Assembly: GCF_006345805.1 (NCBI RefSeq)
Contig: NC_043006.1
Location: 80,848,001 to 80,912,000, forward strand
DNA: 64,000 nt
Origin: Octopus sinensis
Taxonomy: Eukaryota
Direction of reading: 5' to 3'
Below the pieces are notes generated by a model. That model saw only the letters and a list, made by a program, of their open reading frames with translations. It made no database searches and was not told where the DNA came from. Position 1 is the first letter of the stretch. Every line of letters starts with the position of its first letter. Made by a program: the position numbers and the translations under genes. Below, piece by piece: positions 15,106 to 28,019 of the stretch.

Positions 15106-16199
15106 TATGTATATAGAGGGAGAGAGAAACAGAGACAGAGAGGGGAAGAGAGATAAAGAGAGAGATAGCAAATGTCAGTTATGGCTAGTTCATAGGATTA
15201 CCCAAGGTTTCGCGTCCATTAAGAACTTAGATTAACACACTTCACATCAGACCTCCCTTCAAATTGGTGGAAGAAAAGACCTCCAGTTTGAAGAAAGGTT
15301 ATAGGCCACAGGTTATTAGGGTCTGACGAGATGTGTGTAAATCTGTGCGCTTGATGTACACGAAACCCTGAGTAAGTCTGTTAAGCGATGACATTCTCTA
15401 AATACTTTACTGCTCTATAACTTAGAGTGTGCTTCCGTTCGGATGTACAATTTACTGACGATGTATATAACAAAAGAGGAGGTGCATTTTTACGCAGGAA
15501 AAATATACAAAAATTTGTTGTTGCAAATGCAACTAAATTTGAAAAGCTTGTAATTGTCTTTAAATAAATTTACATACATAGGAGTAGGAGTGGCTGTGTG
15601 GTAAGTAGCTCGCTTATTTCACTACTGAAGAGTTCGCGTTTTTGTACGCTCTGAAGTGACATCGTTTTGCGTTGTGAATAATTGAAAAATAGAAGCATGA
15701 CTACAGGTAAGGCGTTTATTTTTTTATGAGGTGGGGAGCTTAGAGGAGTCCCTTGTTTTGTAATAAATAATTTTGAACGAACAAGGGTCTCCACTGGGTT
15801 CCAGACATTTGTCTGCCTGTGGCCCTGCGAAAAGACTCCCTTTGCAGTGAGAATTGTGTTTTTGGGAGGCGTATTCCCTCCGCAAAAATATTTTTGTGAA
15901 AATTCTCTTCTTTTGACTGTGTTCGTGCCCTGCAATTACCATTGGATTTTTCTTGGATTTACGGAGGCAGCCAAAGTTGGATGAAAGTAGGATATCTTGT
16001 GCTGCAACGGATTATTAACGTTTAGGTGGATCACCGGAGTAGCAAATTGTGCCATTCGAACTGTCTTCCTTCATTCTTTCTCCTCTCTTCTGTCTTTCCG
16101 TCTTTTGTTTTTGTTTTTTTACATTATTATTGACTTTAGTTGAATATTTTTGGTTCTGTTGTTTGCGAACAATATGACCCTTTATTTTCTTCTTCCATA

Positions 16200-16815
16200 A
16201 AACTGACAAAAAACTGTGGAATAGGAAATTGAACCACCACAAAAGCGGTTGAAGGATTTCAAGAAGAAGACCGTGGTGATGAGAACATATTGTAAGTCTC
16301 TCGACACCATTACGGTTTTCTCTCGGAATGATATTGAGAACGAGTTGGCATGGTACCTGCCAACTTTTAGGTTTATCCGTAAGGGTGCGAAGTAAGCAAC
16401 TGTGTGTGCGCTTTTCGACACCCCTACGGAGGCGCAAAAATTCGCAAGCCAGCCTGTAGAAGGGGAGAACATTTGGTTTCTTCCCACATACGGTGGGCGA
16501 AAACTGGCAAGAGCTTGGATGTGTGGGCTGCCACCCGGCATGGAGCCCTAATAGATAGAAGATTCTATCCGTCGGGGGCTGGGTGGCAGCACCGCCAAGC
16601 TTTTGAATGTAAAGATTCCGTCTGCGGCTGATTGGGGCGGATCAGAAGCAATTTTGACTCTATGAACCCAATCAGCCGATGATCTGGTGTTACCAGATTT
16701 CTTGACGATGGCCGGTTCCAGGTACCTGGTGATCCATGAGGGACCCCACCCCACAAGTGTCAACTCTGCCTAGAGTTGGGCCACATAAAGTAAAACTGTC
16801 GTAGGGGCCAGGCAA
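16200..16815 (+). pseudogene. Gag-like ORF1 remnant of a non-LTR retrotransposon (L1/Tx1-like) with CCHC zinc knuckle
   Basis: A frame with stops reads EIEPPQKRLKDFKKKTVVMRTYC...RYLVIHEG, and after a frameshift HKCQLCLELGHIK*NCRRG (C-x2-C-x4-H-x4-C). Confidence 0.65.
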
Positions 16816-16849
16816 AGGTCCTGTATGTATGTATGTATGTATGTATATG

Positions 16850-17230
16850 TTAGGTCACTTCCGAGTGGTAACATGTAACCCAGTACAACCTGTTGCATGG
16901 TCGGGTCGTCGGCGACTAAACCGGCAACCCCACCAAGCTTGCTTGGTGAGGAGGGTGTTTATTGGACACCCTGCGGGATGAAAAACAAAACCCGTCAAAG
17001 GGCGGATGAACTCTTGAGAGTCAACGGCCATCCAATAAATGTCTTAAGGCTGTATCATGCGCGGGGACATAGAAATAATCGGACTGAATACCCGATCGTG
17101 CGGTTAAACCATTGGGAGTGAAGGACTCCTAGCCTTTGTTAGGGCATCCTTCTAGAAGAAGGTAACTCAGGTAACTGGAATAACTCCGACATAAAACCTG
17201 CGGCTCAGTGGTTACCGATGATGCTGACTT
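16850..17230 (+). mobile_element. RTE-clade LINE 5'UTR fragment
   Basis: Contains GGCGACTAAACCGGCAACCCC and GGGCATCCTTCTAGAAGAAGGTAACTC, resembling RTE 5'UTR motifs. No ORF follows. Confidence 0.5.
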
Positions 17231-18573
17231 TTTCTTCTTTTCGGATTATGGCTGCTGTTGCTTAGTGAATGGGATTGACTCAGTGCACAGCCTTTCCTCA
17301 CTTTAAAAAAAATCTTCTTGCACAGGCATTGCACGATAACATCATTGATTAAGCTTCGTGCAATGGCCATACTCGATAACGAGGGGCCAGCCACCATGTA
17401 TGTATGTATGTATGTATGTATGCATGTATGTATGTGAGTGTCGGTGTATGTAAATAGGTACATATTTATCGATCATTGAATCTCTCTCCGTCTCCCACTC
17501 TTTTTTCTCTCTTTGTGCGTATGCGTGTATATGTGTGTGTGTGTGTGTTGTGTGTGTGTGTGTGTGTGTGTGCGTGCGTGCGTGTACAACTTAGTTAATG
17601 GAATTTGCAGAAGATAAACAAAAGTCTTTTGAAGCACAATGAGTTCTTGGACAACTTAGAATTATTTGATAACATTAAAGAACAGAACTGTAGAGATTCA
17701 AGTGATAGAGTGAGAGAGAAGTTACGGGAAAATGATTGAATGACGCTGAGACAACACTGTAAGTGATATGTAGATTGCTGGATATAAAAAATACCCACTG
17801 AGAGACAAATTAATTGTAAATTACGAATAGCAATTCTAATATAGTTTTTCGTGTCTAGCGTATAATAAATTGTGATGTATTGTCCAAGATATTAATATTT
17901 ACGGATGTCCTATAGTGATGAATTAGTTTTAGCAGACAGGATTCCCATAACTGCTGTTAAATACTCAAGCATTTCTTTCTCTTCGACAGTATCTCTGCTA
18001 GAGTAAGTATGTATGTACATGTGTGTGAGAGGGTAGTTTCTCTATGTATGTATATATATTTCCGTGAGAGTTAGAGGTTGGGAAGCCAACCAACTAAGCG
18101 ATAGTACCTATCCAATATACTGCTGGTAGTGTGCCCAATTATAAATGCCCAAGTGCTGATTATTGCGTGGCAATTTCGCAATCGAGTGTATGTATCGGCT
18201 CTCTTAACCATTTAGACCCTCTGATGAAACCTAGAGGCACACTCAACATCCAAACTCTGTCTACCCATCCTTACAGAACACTGAAGAGATGGAGCTAGTA
18301 TGGAGTATATCGTGGCCTCTTGGCAGAAACGGCCGTAAGGAACTGATCTTTTAATATTTTACTCCTTTATGTATTACTAGTATATATTTGTGTACCACAA
18401 AGTCTTTGCATGTGTATGAATTCTTATAATGGTCCCTTTTGTTTTGGAATAAATAGACATAATAGAATGTCTACTGCCTCATGTATGTCATTTTTGTATC
18501 CCCTCCATGTTATTTTTGCCGTATATATATATATATATATATATATACATGGATGCATCTCTCTCCACCTGTA

Positions 18574-18658
<85 letters not shown>

Positions 18659-19829
18659 CACACACACACATACACACATACACAGAGCAAAATACCAATT
18701 CGTACAAAATGCTTTAGTAAGCATATGTGCTTGTTTGTTCAAAACTGAAACAATATCACAGGCTTTCGCACATCCATACCGTCCACAGCTATAGCATAGG
18801 TGAGAGAAACCACAAAAACAACGAAACAAAAGTTTCCCATCAAAATTTTATTTTTAAGGTTGCAGATATATTCTCTCTCCTAAATAGGATGTAATTTACG
18901 AAGAGATGATGGAAGACAAAAATAATCCGAAATAATAAAAAGAATAAGTGAGGCATCAATGTTCATTTAGACTAGTACATAATAACGTTTCGTATATAGT
19001 CGTTCTTCAGAAACAGGCTGCAGTGGACAAACATAGGGAATATCGATAAAATGAATAAATGCAAAATAAATAGATAAATAAATAAATGACATGGACAAAC
19101 AAGGCAAACGTATCTAAATGATGTACGTATACTTGAAAGAAACATTCAGATTTTCACATTTTAAAAACAATGTGTAATAGGTATCTAAGTAAAAGCAATT
19201 TTTCTGATTCGTTACACTTGGCTATTTTGCGAAGACAATAAAATACTGAATTACTTTTTCGGATCAAACATCTTGTTAAAACCTTTTTGATTACCCACTG
19301 TTATATACGCCCAGACTCATCTTCATTGAACGAGCGTATCATCAAAAGCATTCTAAGTGTGAGAAATAATGGTAGAAGTTACTATGTGTTGTTTTCCTAT
19401 TCAGCATGATAGAAATTATTTGGGGGAAGATAGAAAAACATGTTGAAGGAATTACTTTGACCCGTAAATTAGGTCTTTCCATTGTCGGAAATCGTACGAA
19501 GCTCAGATTAATTAGTTCTAAGTTTGCAGGTGTTGAAACACAGTGAGCAAAACTCAGTGCAACTAAATATAGAATATATTAATTTTTATGAGGAAAATAG
19601 GGCCAAGTGTAAAATGCAGAATGAAAGGGAGAGAGAAAAAGGGTGTTAGAAAGAACAGAAAGCTTTGGAATGAGTGAGTATTGTTTCTTTGTTAGCCACA
19701 CATGGCTGCACACAGTTGCTTGTGAAACTTGGGAACAGCTCTGATTTAAATGAGGAATGGTAGAATGAAGTGACGAATACATTGAAAATGTATGTTAGAT
19801 GTGCTTGAATGATTTTTTCTTTTCCCAAT

Positions 19830-20195
19830 TTTACTTTTTACTTGTTTCAGAAACTGCACTTAGCAATGCTGAAGCATTGCTTTAGTGGAGGGTTTAGTTG
19901 AGCAAATCGACCCAGTACTAATTAAAAAAAATTGTGGCACTTAATCCATCGGTATTTTTTTAAAACAAAAAGAACGCTACATAATGCGGACTTGAAGAAA
20001 CTAACACTGGCTAAGCGATGGGGTGATTAAAACAAATACATATGTATAAACATAAACACATACAATTTGTATACGAATTTGTTTACCAAATTCACACACA
20101 AAATATTGATGCGTCCATGGTTATAGTTGAAACCACTTGCTCAAGGTGTCACGCAGTTGGACTAAACCCGAAACACTTGGTTGCAAAGTGGGCTT
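19830..20195 (-). mobile_element. Old OR-type tRNA/CORE SINE
   Basis: Tail TTTTACTTGTTTCAG, CAAATCGACCC and head CACTTGCTCAAGGTGTCACGCAGT.GGACT.AACC match the younger copy at 57340-57835. Confidence 0.6.
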
Positions 20196-20260
20196 CTCAA
20201 TCAAACAGTCAAAATTATATATCCGTATAAATTGAGGATATAATCATCAAAATGATTTTA

Positions 20261-20762
20261 TCAGTGACTAGCGTATAAAAACCACCATTTATACGTACAT
20301 ATAATTTTGCGCTCTCTAGTCGTTACATTTTGCTCCGGTACAACATTCACACCTGCACTATTTCTGGCATTAAGCACATGACTGAAATGGGCGATTAGAT
20401 ATAATGTATACACGTGAAATGCATGTATATATTGGTATATGTACGTAGAAATTTATCGGTATGTATTTCTTACTTATATATAGTCGGTGTACTTCTACTG
20501 AAGTGTGTAAAGTAATTTTTATCACAAAGCACGAAATCTTAAGGTATATTTATCCGTAATTTTGTAAATTTTCTTCTTCATTCCCTCGCATTCAGCATTG
20601 TGTTAAAAAGAGAACAAACTCAGAGTAATTTGTAGACATTAGACATCTACTTCTAGTATATTAGCGATGGCCTTCCAGGGCCCTTACTTATAATTAATAT
20701 CTTATAATTATATACTTAATATTAATTTTACCGATATGGTAGTTTTATACGCTAGCCACTGA
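20261..20762. mobile_element. ~500-bp MITE with ~27-bp TIRs and TA flanks
   Basis: Left TCAGTGACTAGCGTATAAAAACCACCAT versus reverse complement of the right end TCAGTGGCTAGCGTATAAAACTACCAT. TA lies on both outer sides and the interior is non-coding. Confidence 0.8.
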
Positions 20763-20878
20763 TATAATCTTTTTAATAATTATGTCCTCAGTTTATGCGT
20801 GTATATTATATTTGTATATTATATGTATATATGTATAAACATATATATATATGTATATATATATGCATATATACATAT

Positions 20879-20953
<75 letters not shown>

Positions 20954-20989
20954 CTTGTTTTCATTTTGTAGCTGGTGATACTTTTCTTA

Positions 20990-21058
20990 GGGATTTGGAT
21001 TGCTAGCCCTGTACCCAACCCTTCACCTTTTTCATCGGGCTTGGGACCAGCATAGGCT
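20990..21058 (-). mobile_element. RTE-type 5' terminal motif fragment
   Basis: Reverse complement GCTGGTCCCAAGCCCGATGAAAAAGGTGAAGGGTTGGGTACAGGGCTAGCAA resembles the GGTCCCAAGCCCGG..GGGTTGGG..GGGCTAGCAA motif of RTE 5'UTRs. Confidence 0.5.
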
Positions 21059-21355
21059 AACGTAAAACCAATAAGAGAAACTATTGAAGCAAGGAGAGTT
21101 TGTCACTAAAAACCGAACTCAACTATCAGAACCGATTTGGAATGGATTCCGCAAAGTATATAACATATGTTGTGCGAAACAGAGTTTATTTGAACGAGAT
21201 ACCACTTGATCATCACCTGAGCGATGCAACTCAACCAGTTGTACACCATCAAACACGATCCATGCTATATGGGATGGGACAAAACGATTGTAGTGATCAA
21301 TAAATAATCTCGCATATTCCATCTTCTGTCTCTCTCTCTCTCTCTCATATATATA

Positions 21356-21388
<33 letters not shown>

Positions 21389-21514
21389 CTTAATTTTATT
21401 TGTTAGGTAATAAAAATTCCGGCATCACAGGGGTTCAAATTATTCTCAATGAAGAAATATATATTTTTCATTTAGAGATAGTAGGCCCCTTCATCCCAAC
21501 ATATAAATAATATA

Positions 21515-21559
<45 letters not shown>

Positions 21560-21569
21560 TATATATATA

Positions 21570-21640
21570 TAGGGAGAGTTTACGAAAAAAACAAAAGACG
21601 AAGACAGGTGGTGTAGAAAACAGATGTATTAGTATAAAAG
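21570..21640 (-). repeat. Partial copy of the hammerhead-like repeat family (28852-29040, 62704-62900), lacking the ribozyme portion
   Basis: GGGAGAGTTTACGAAAAAAAC..GGTGGTGTAGAAAACAGATGTATTAGT matches the other copies and abuts (TA)n. Confidence 0.7.
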
Positions 21641-22164
21641 AGTAAAAGGAGAGTATGTATTTATACAGAGAGGGAGAGAGATAGAATAGGGAAGGAAAGA
21701 GAGATGGAGTGCATGAAAAGTCGCGAAGTTTTAAAAGTGCACTTGTTGCAACAGCAGAAGCTACTACATTATGTGCATACCTTTCAATATGAAGTCAGAC
21801 TTCATGACTTTTCGCACATCCTGTATATAGAATGAGACCGCACACGCGCGTGTATGTGCATGAACTTAGTGAGAGACGGGGGGAAATATACAAAAGAAAT
21901 GGTAGAAGCGAGAGAAGGAGAGGAAAAAATATATAGATAATATATAGATAATATATAGATAATATATATATATATAGATAATGCTTGAGAATGATGAAGA
22001 CAAGTACAATATAGTTTACAAAGTAAATACTGAAATGAATGTCGTGTATATGTGTGTGAGTGAGAGAAAAAGAAAGAGAAGGTAGTGAGAGGAAAGAGGT
22101 AGTGAAAAAGGGAGGGGAAGAGCGGGAGAGAGATTAAAAATGACAAATTTTGGCAATGTTCACA

Positions 22165-22765
22165 ATTTTAGAGGAAACAGCACTGTCGATTACATCGCGC
22201 GTAGTATTTCGCTAGTACATTATTTTAACGTCCCTGAAGGAACGAAAAACAAAGTTGACACTGATGGGATTCGAGCACAGAACATAAAACGCCAAAAGAT
22301 ATACCTATTTCTTTACTGCCCACAAGGGGCTAAACACAGAGAGGACAAACAAGGACAGACAAACGGATTAAGTCGATTATATCGACCCCAGTGCGTAACT
22401 GGTACTTATTTTATCGATCCCGAAAGGATGAAAGGCAATTTGAACCCAGAACATAGCAACAGATGAAATACCTATTTCTTTATTACCCACAAGGGGCTAA
22501 ACATAGAGGGGACAAACAAGGACAGACATTGGTATTAAGTCGATTACGTCGACCCCAGTGCGTAACTGGTACTTAATTTAACGACCCCGAAAGGATGAAA
22601 GGCAAAGTCAACCTCGGCGGAATTTGAACTCACAACGTAATGACAAGCGAAATACCGCTAAGCATTTGGCCTGGCCTGCTAACGATTCTGCCACCTTTCC
22701 GCCTTAAACGCCAGAAGATATACCACCAAGAGTTTTGTCGGATAGTCGCTTTCAGGAGAGAGAGA
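22165..22765 (-). mobile_element. Nested SINE cluster: young OK-like SINE dimer (22306-22705) inside an older related SINE
   Basis: Two tail-bearing units are joined at 22472/22473. A 19-bp TSD AAACGCCA(A/G)AAGATATACC lies at 22287-22305 and 22706-22724, and the older SINE head continues on both sides. Confidence 0.88.
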
Positions 22766-23706
22766 GGGTAAATGAAAAGTGGTGGATATAAAAGATTGTG
22801 ATGCGCTAAAAAATAATACTGCGGCTGAGACATATAAGTTATATGTAGAGAGAGAGACAGAAAGAGAGACAGCAAACACAGCGAGAGAGAGGAAGTGAGA
22901 GAGAGAGGGGGAAGCGACAGAGAGTGAGGAGAGAGAGTGTATGAAAAAGAAAAAGACTGAATGTATGTATAACTCGTACAAAAATATCTGCAGCATGGCT
23001 ACCGCACAGTGGCTGGATTTTCACTAGCACCTACGCCCATACGTACACACGCACACACAAATACACAGATGTGTTTTGTGTGTGTGTGTGTGTGTGTGTG
23101 TTCGCGTATATATATATATATATATATATTGATATATATATGACTCTATCTATATATATATTTATATGTATATATATATATATCTTTACCTGTTTATATA
23201 CGTATACATACATCATATATTCATACTTACAAGGATGGATGCACACATACATATATACATAACATACATACATACATACATACATACATACATACATACA
23301 TACATACATGTGTGTATGCATGCATACACACATGCAAATACATCCCCGTGCGTGTACCTTGCAGAAGGAGAAGAGAAAATTGTTCATGAAGACATATAGA
23401 AAGATAGCGGTAGAAAGTACAAGGGCGGCAGAGATAGATAGATAGATAGTTAGATAGATAGATAGATAGATATGTAGGTAGATAGAGAGAGAGATAGGGA
23501 GAGAGAGAGAGAGAGAGAGAGTGAAAGATAACGAAGGTAACGGTATTAGAGGTCTAACAGAGATACATAATGAGAGAAGCAAAATGAGAAATGTAAATAT
23601 AGTAAGGTGAATACGAGATGGTAATAACAAAAAGAGGAAAAATATTGAATAAAAGCACAGAGACACAGATAAGATCAATATAGGGAGAGAAAGAAAGAAA
23701 GAGAAC

Positions 23707-23770
<64 letters not shown>

Positions 23771-24020
23771 TAGTAATAGTGGGATTGTGTAGAAGCGACG
23801 AAGAATTTCAGATCATTTGAAGATAGAAAGTAAAGTATTAGAGGGAATATTAATGTGGAAGGACCGAAGTAAACTCAAGTAAAATGTAAACTTGCCTCCC
23901 CACGCCTACCTTATCTTGCCTGTTTTATATTCAGGTATCAGTAATTGCGAATGTATATATGCATAGATATAATCAAATACATACATACATACATAAATAC
24001 ATACCACACACACACACACA

Positions 24021-24195
<175 letters not shown>

Positions 24196-24422
24196 GCGAG
24201 AAAGAAGCAACAAGAATGGATAGGTTTTTAGTACAATCGTTTCATACAAGGACAGGCTTTATTAAAAGTTGCAAAAATTACAGCATATAAACGTGTCCCG
24301 TACTCATATACATATATATATATATAAATGTATTATATATATATATATACATGTATATATATATATATATATATACATATATATACACATATACATATAC
24401 ATATATATATATTATATATACA

Positions 24423-24460
<38 letters not shown>

Positions 24461-24657
24461 TATATGTATATATATGCATATATATATAATGTATATATAT
24501 ATATATACATATATATATGTGTATATATATATATACATATACATATATATAATGTATGTATGTATATATTCATGATATAAATATATATATATGTTATATC
24601 CATATACATATACATACACACGGATGCATATGTGTATAGTTGTATGTATGTATATAT

Positions 24658-24719
<62 letters not shown>

Positions 24720-25153
24720 TACATACATACACACTCACACAAACATATATGATACCTAAATCTAGTTTAATAATAGAGCGATGCCCCAAACAGAATTAGA
24801 GTTATAAGGGCATACACACACCCACAAGCACATACACACATACACACATACATGCATACATGCATGCATATACACGCAGGTACTCGTATATAATTAGAAA
24901 CAATGAAAGAGTGAAAGAGAGAGGAGAATGTGAACAAACTACTGAGATAGATATAGACAGTGAGCGAATGTATTGTGCAGGACAAAATAGATACATGAAA
25001 GCGAGGAGGAAAAAAAATAGAGAACCAGAGACATGATTCTCTTCCTCATTGTTCAGTGCAGGCCCCCAACCACGGTATGATTATATTGTTATTAATGTTA
25101 TTATTAACATTATTATTATCATTAATTTTCTTCTTTTTTTGTTAGAGAGTTGC

Positions 25154-25183
25154 TGACGTCACGGGATATGTTGATTGACGTCA
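25154..25183. promoter_or_regulatory. Tandem pair of perfect CRE palindromes (TGACGTCA x2)
   Basis: TGACGTCA at 25154-25161 and 25176-25183, in sequence not recognised as a repeat. Confidence 0.45.
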
Positions 25184-25432
25184 GTAGTCCCAAAATAGGT
25201 AACAAGAGTGAGAATAACGGAGGAAGATGGTGGGATTGTTAGCAGAGTCGTCATGCAGACAGCCAGACATAACTAGCCAAAGCAAACCAAACCAAACAGC
25301 AAAACAAGAAAAAAAAGAGGGAAAAACAAAAACACACCGAATATAAATATAAATATATATACATACATACTTATATATATATATATATATATATTATTCA
25401 ATTCATAGCTACATACACTCACGCACTCAACG

Positions 25433-25468
<36 letters not shown>

Positions 25469-26299
25469 TATATATATATATATATATATACATATATATA
25501 AAGAGACGCAGACACGCACAAACACACATATACACATAAATATACATATGAAATTACTCGATTAGTTTGGCCCTTCTTTGCAGTCAATATTCGTTCTTGA
25601 ACTTCAACAAGTCTGCCACATTGACTTATAATAATTTATTGATATTTACATTCGGCAGGGTCTTTATGTTATTTTCTTTACAGTGCGTGTCTGGTCCTTG
25701 TGTTATTTTCATGTATTCTTTCTTCATTCTTCGTGTCCCCTTGTCTTTCTTCACTATTTTCACTCTATACACTCTATGTATACTCATTCTTCAATATTAA
25801 ACTTATGGCTATCTCATGTGTATCTCTCAGCTGACGCCTGATGCCACTATGACTGGCTTAAATTGTATTCAATGATATTTTCTCACTGCTGCTTTTCTTC
25901 GAGTATTCATTCATTGATATGAACGCATAAAAGCTGTTTATTTCGAAATATACACGTGTATACATATTCGTACGACCGTCTCGTTGTGTGCGTATGTATG
26001 TGTGTTTGTGTGCGTGCGTGTAAGTGTGTGTGTGCGTGAATAATTACATGCACACATACATACACATGTATATATGTAAAATATATATATATATATATAA
26101 TATATATATATATATATAGTATGTGTATATATGTGTATGTATAGATTTGTGTATCCATGTATATATATTAATATATATATATATATGTATGTATGTATGT
26201 ATATACATACATATATATGTACCTATCTCTCTGTCTCTCCCTCCATGTCAGTATGGTGGTTGTCTACTCCTTATGCAGAGTTTGCCCACCTTTTGTACC

Positions 26300-27385
26300 T
26301 ACACCTTAGATCCATCATGGCGTCTGATCTGACTTTTTAAACCAGACAATGTCTTGAAAAGACACCCACATATTTTACATATCCGATTTGGTCGACCAAA
26401 AACTGCAGTTAAGTTCTGATCTTTGTAGACCTTAAAATGTCTTTTGAGGCCTCCGTTAGATGTGCGACCTTATGGCAAACATGGCATCAAAAGGCTTGCA
26501 CAGATATACAGGCAGAATAATTAGTGAAGGTTCGTTTTGCATGAGTCTATAAATGAGATTTCAACCCAGCAAAAGAAAGGCATGGGCTGTCACAAACTGT
26601 GCACACCTTCTCGATAGTAACGTTCTTTTTTAAATGTCTCTTGAGTCTTGCATGCGTTATCCTCACCTCTTCAAACGCTTTCACTTCACTCCACACTTTG
26701 TTCGCCATTCATCAAGAGTTTCTAAGTCCTCTGGATCCATTTCAAGCGACTTCATTGTTGTCCTTATGTCATCTTTAAACATCTTTTGAGGTTTAAACCG
26801 ATTGAGTTTCTCCTCTGCAAGCTCGCCAAAAAAGAGCCGTTTGGGTGTGCGTTCATCCGCCATTCGAATAATATGGCCAGGTCATCTTATTTGATTTTTT
26901 AGAATCATTGCTATAATTGAAGTGATGTCTGCAGGCGCAAGGACATCTGTGTTTGGAGTAAAAAAACTCTATTTAATGTTTAAAATGCGATGAAAGCATT
27001 TTTGGTGGTATTGTTCTAACAATTTGAAATGTGTTTCATAACACGTCCATATTTCAGAAGAATACAACACGGATAATAAGACATATGTAACGAACCAATT
27101 TTATTTTGCTATTCATATATCGTTGGCGCCAAACGCATGACTCCAAACCACGAAATGCTTGTGCTGCCCTTTGAATGCGCAGATGTATTTCTGTGTCCAA
27201 ATTTCCATCATTTTGTATAGAGCTTCCAAGGTAGATGAAAGAATCAACAACCTCAAGTAACTTACCCTTAAAAATCTTAGGAGGATTCGAAACAGCACCA
27301 CATGTAGGTTGATACATTACAAACTTTTTTTTGAAGTTGGTGGTCAAGCTCAAACCATCACAAAGCCGACCCCCCCCCATGCAGA
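26300..27385 (-). mobile_element. RTE (BovB-like) LINE, 3' ORF part, pseudogenised
   Basis: LEVVDSFIYLGSSIQNDGNLDTEIHLRIQRAAQAFRGL, MADERTPKRLFFGEL..FKDDIRTTMK, and C-terminal zinc-finger-like CKICGCLFKTLSGLKSQIRRH. Confidence 0.9.
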
Positions 27386-28019
27386 TTAATTAGATTCGAG
27401 TATACTGCAATGGGCTCTATCTTTGTTTTAGGCCATTATCCGACGATAAAATATTGACACTACTTATGCATTATAAGTAATGTATAACATTCCATGAAAA
27501 ACATTTTGTCCAATTTGGCAGAGAAAATGAGAACATAAAAACTTTTGACGGCACCCTATTGATGCCTCATATTACTATCCCGCGCACAAACGGGCGTGTA
27601 TGCGGCTGGGCAAAGGCACAAACAAACCCATTCATCCATTCTCCAGAAGTATCCTGTTGATGTTTCACGTTTCCAATCCTGCGCAACGCAGCATGGCCCG
27701 GCAGCATTTCTACTTTCTATGTTATCCATGTTTGAACTATATAATGCAAAATGTTCATACAAAAGAAAAACCGTTGTAACTCACAGTTATTTGAATTTGA
27801 CCGCGTGACCACTTCTGAGAGCTATGCTCCCCACCTGCAATTAGCGTCCTACCTATGTTCCATCCCCGTTTATACCGACGAGTAAATACAGATTGTTCTA
27901 GAATTAATAATTATGTTAGTGAAATCGGATGCACTTTTTAAAACTCGCTTTTATTTATGTTTATCATGTTCAATATGTGTTAAAAGTGTAGAATTTTGAA
28001 TATTGTTTATAATTTTATT

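Noticed and set aside
17604-17765. AG..GTAAGT-bounded segment encoding KINKSLLKHNEF..
   Set aside because: An in-frame stop lies before the donor, and the resemblance to LINE ORF2 is too weak to call.
25828-25868. CCTGAT-GCCA-CTATGAC-TGGC-TTAAA hammerhead-like string
   Set aside because: Both conserved core strands are defective and there is no second copy to support it.
27556-27762. Kazal-like fragment CLCPAAYTPVCARD in a minus-strand ORF
   Set aside because: The rest of the Kazal pattern (G.TY.N.C) is missing, a stop follows within a few codons, and no suitable donor site was seen.
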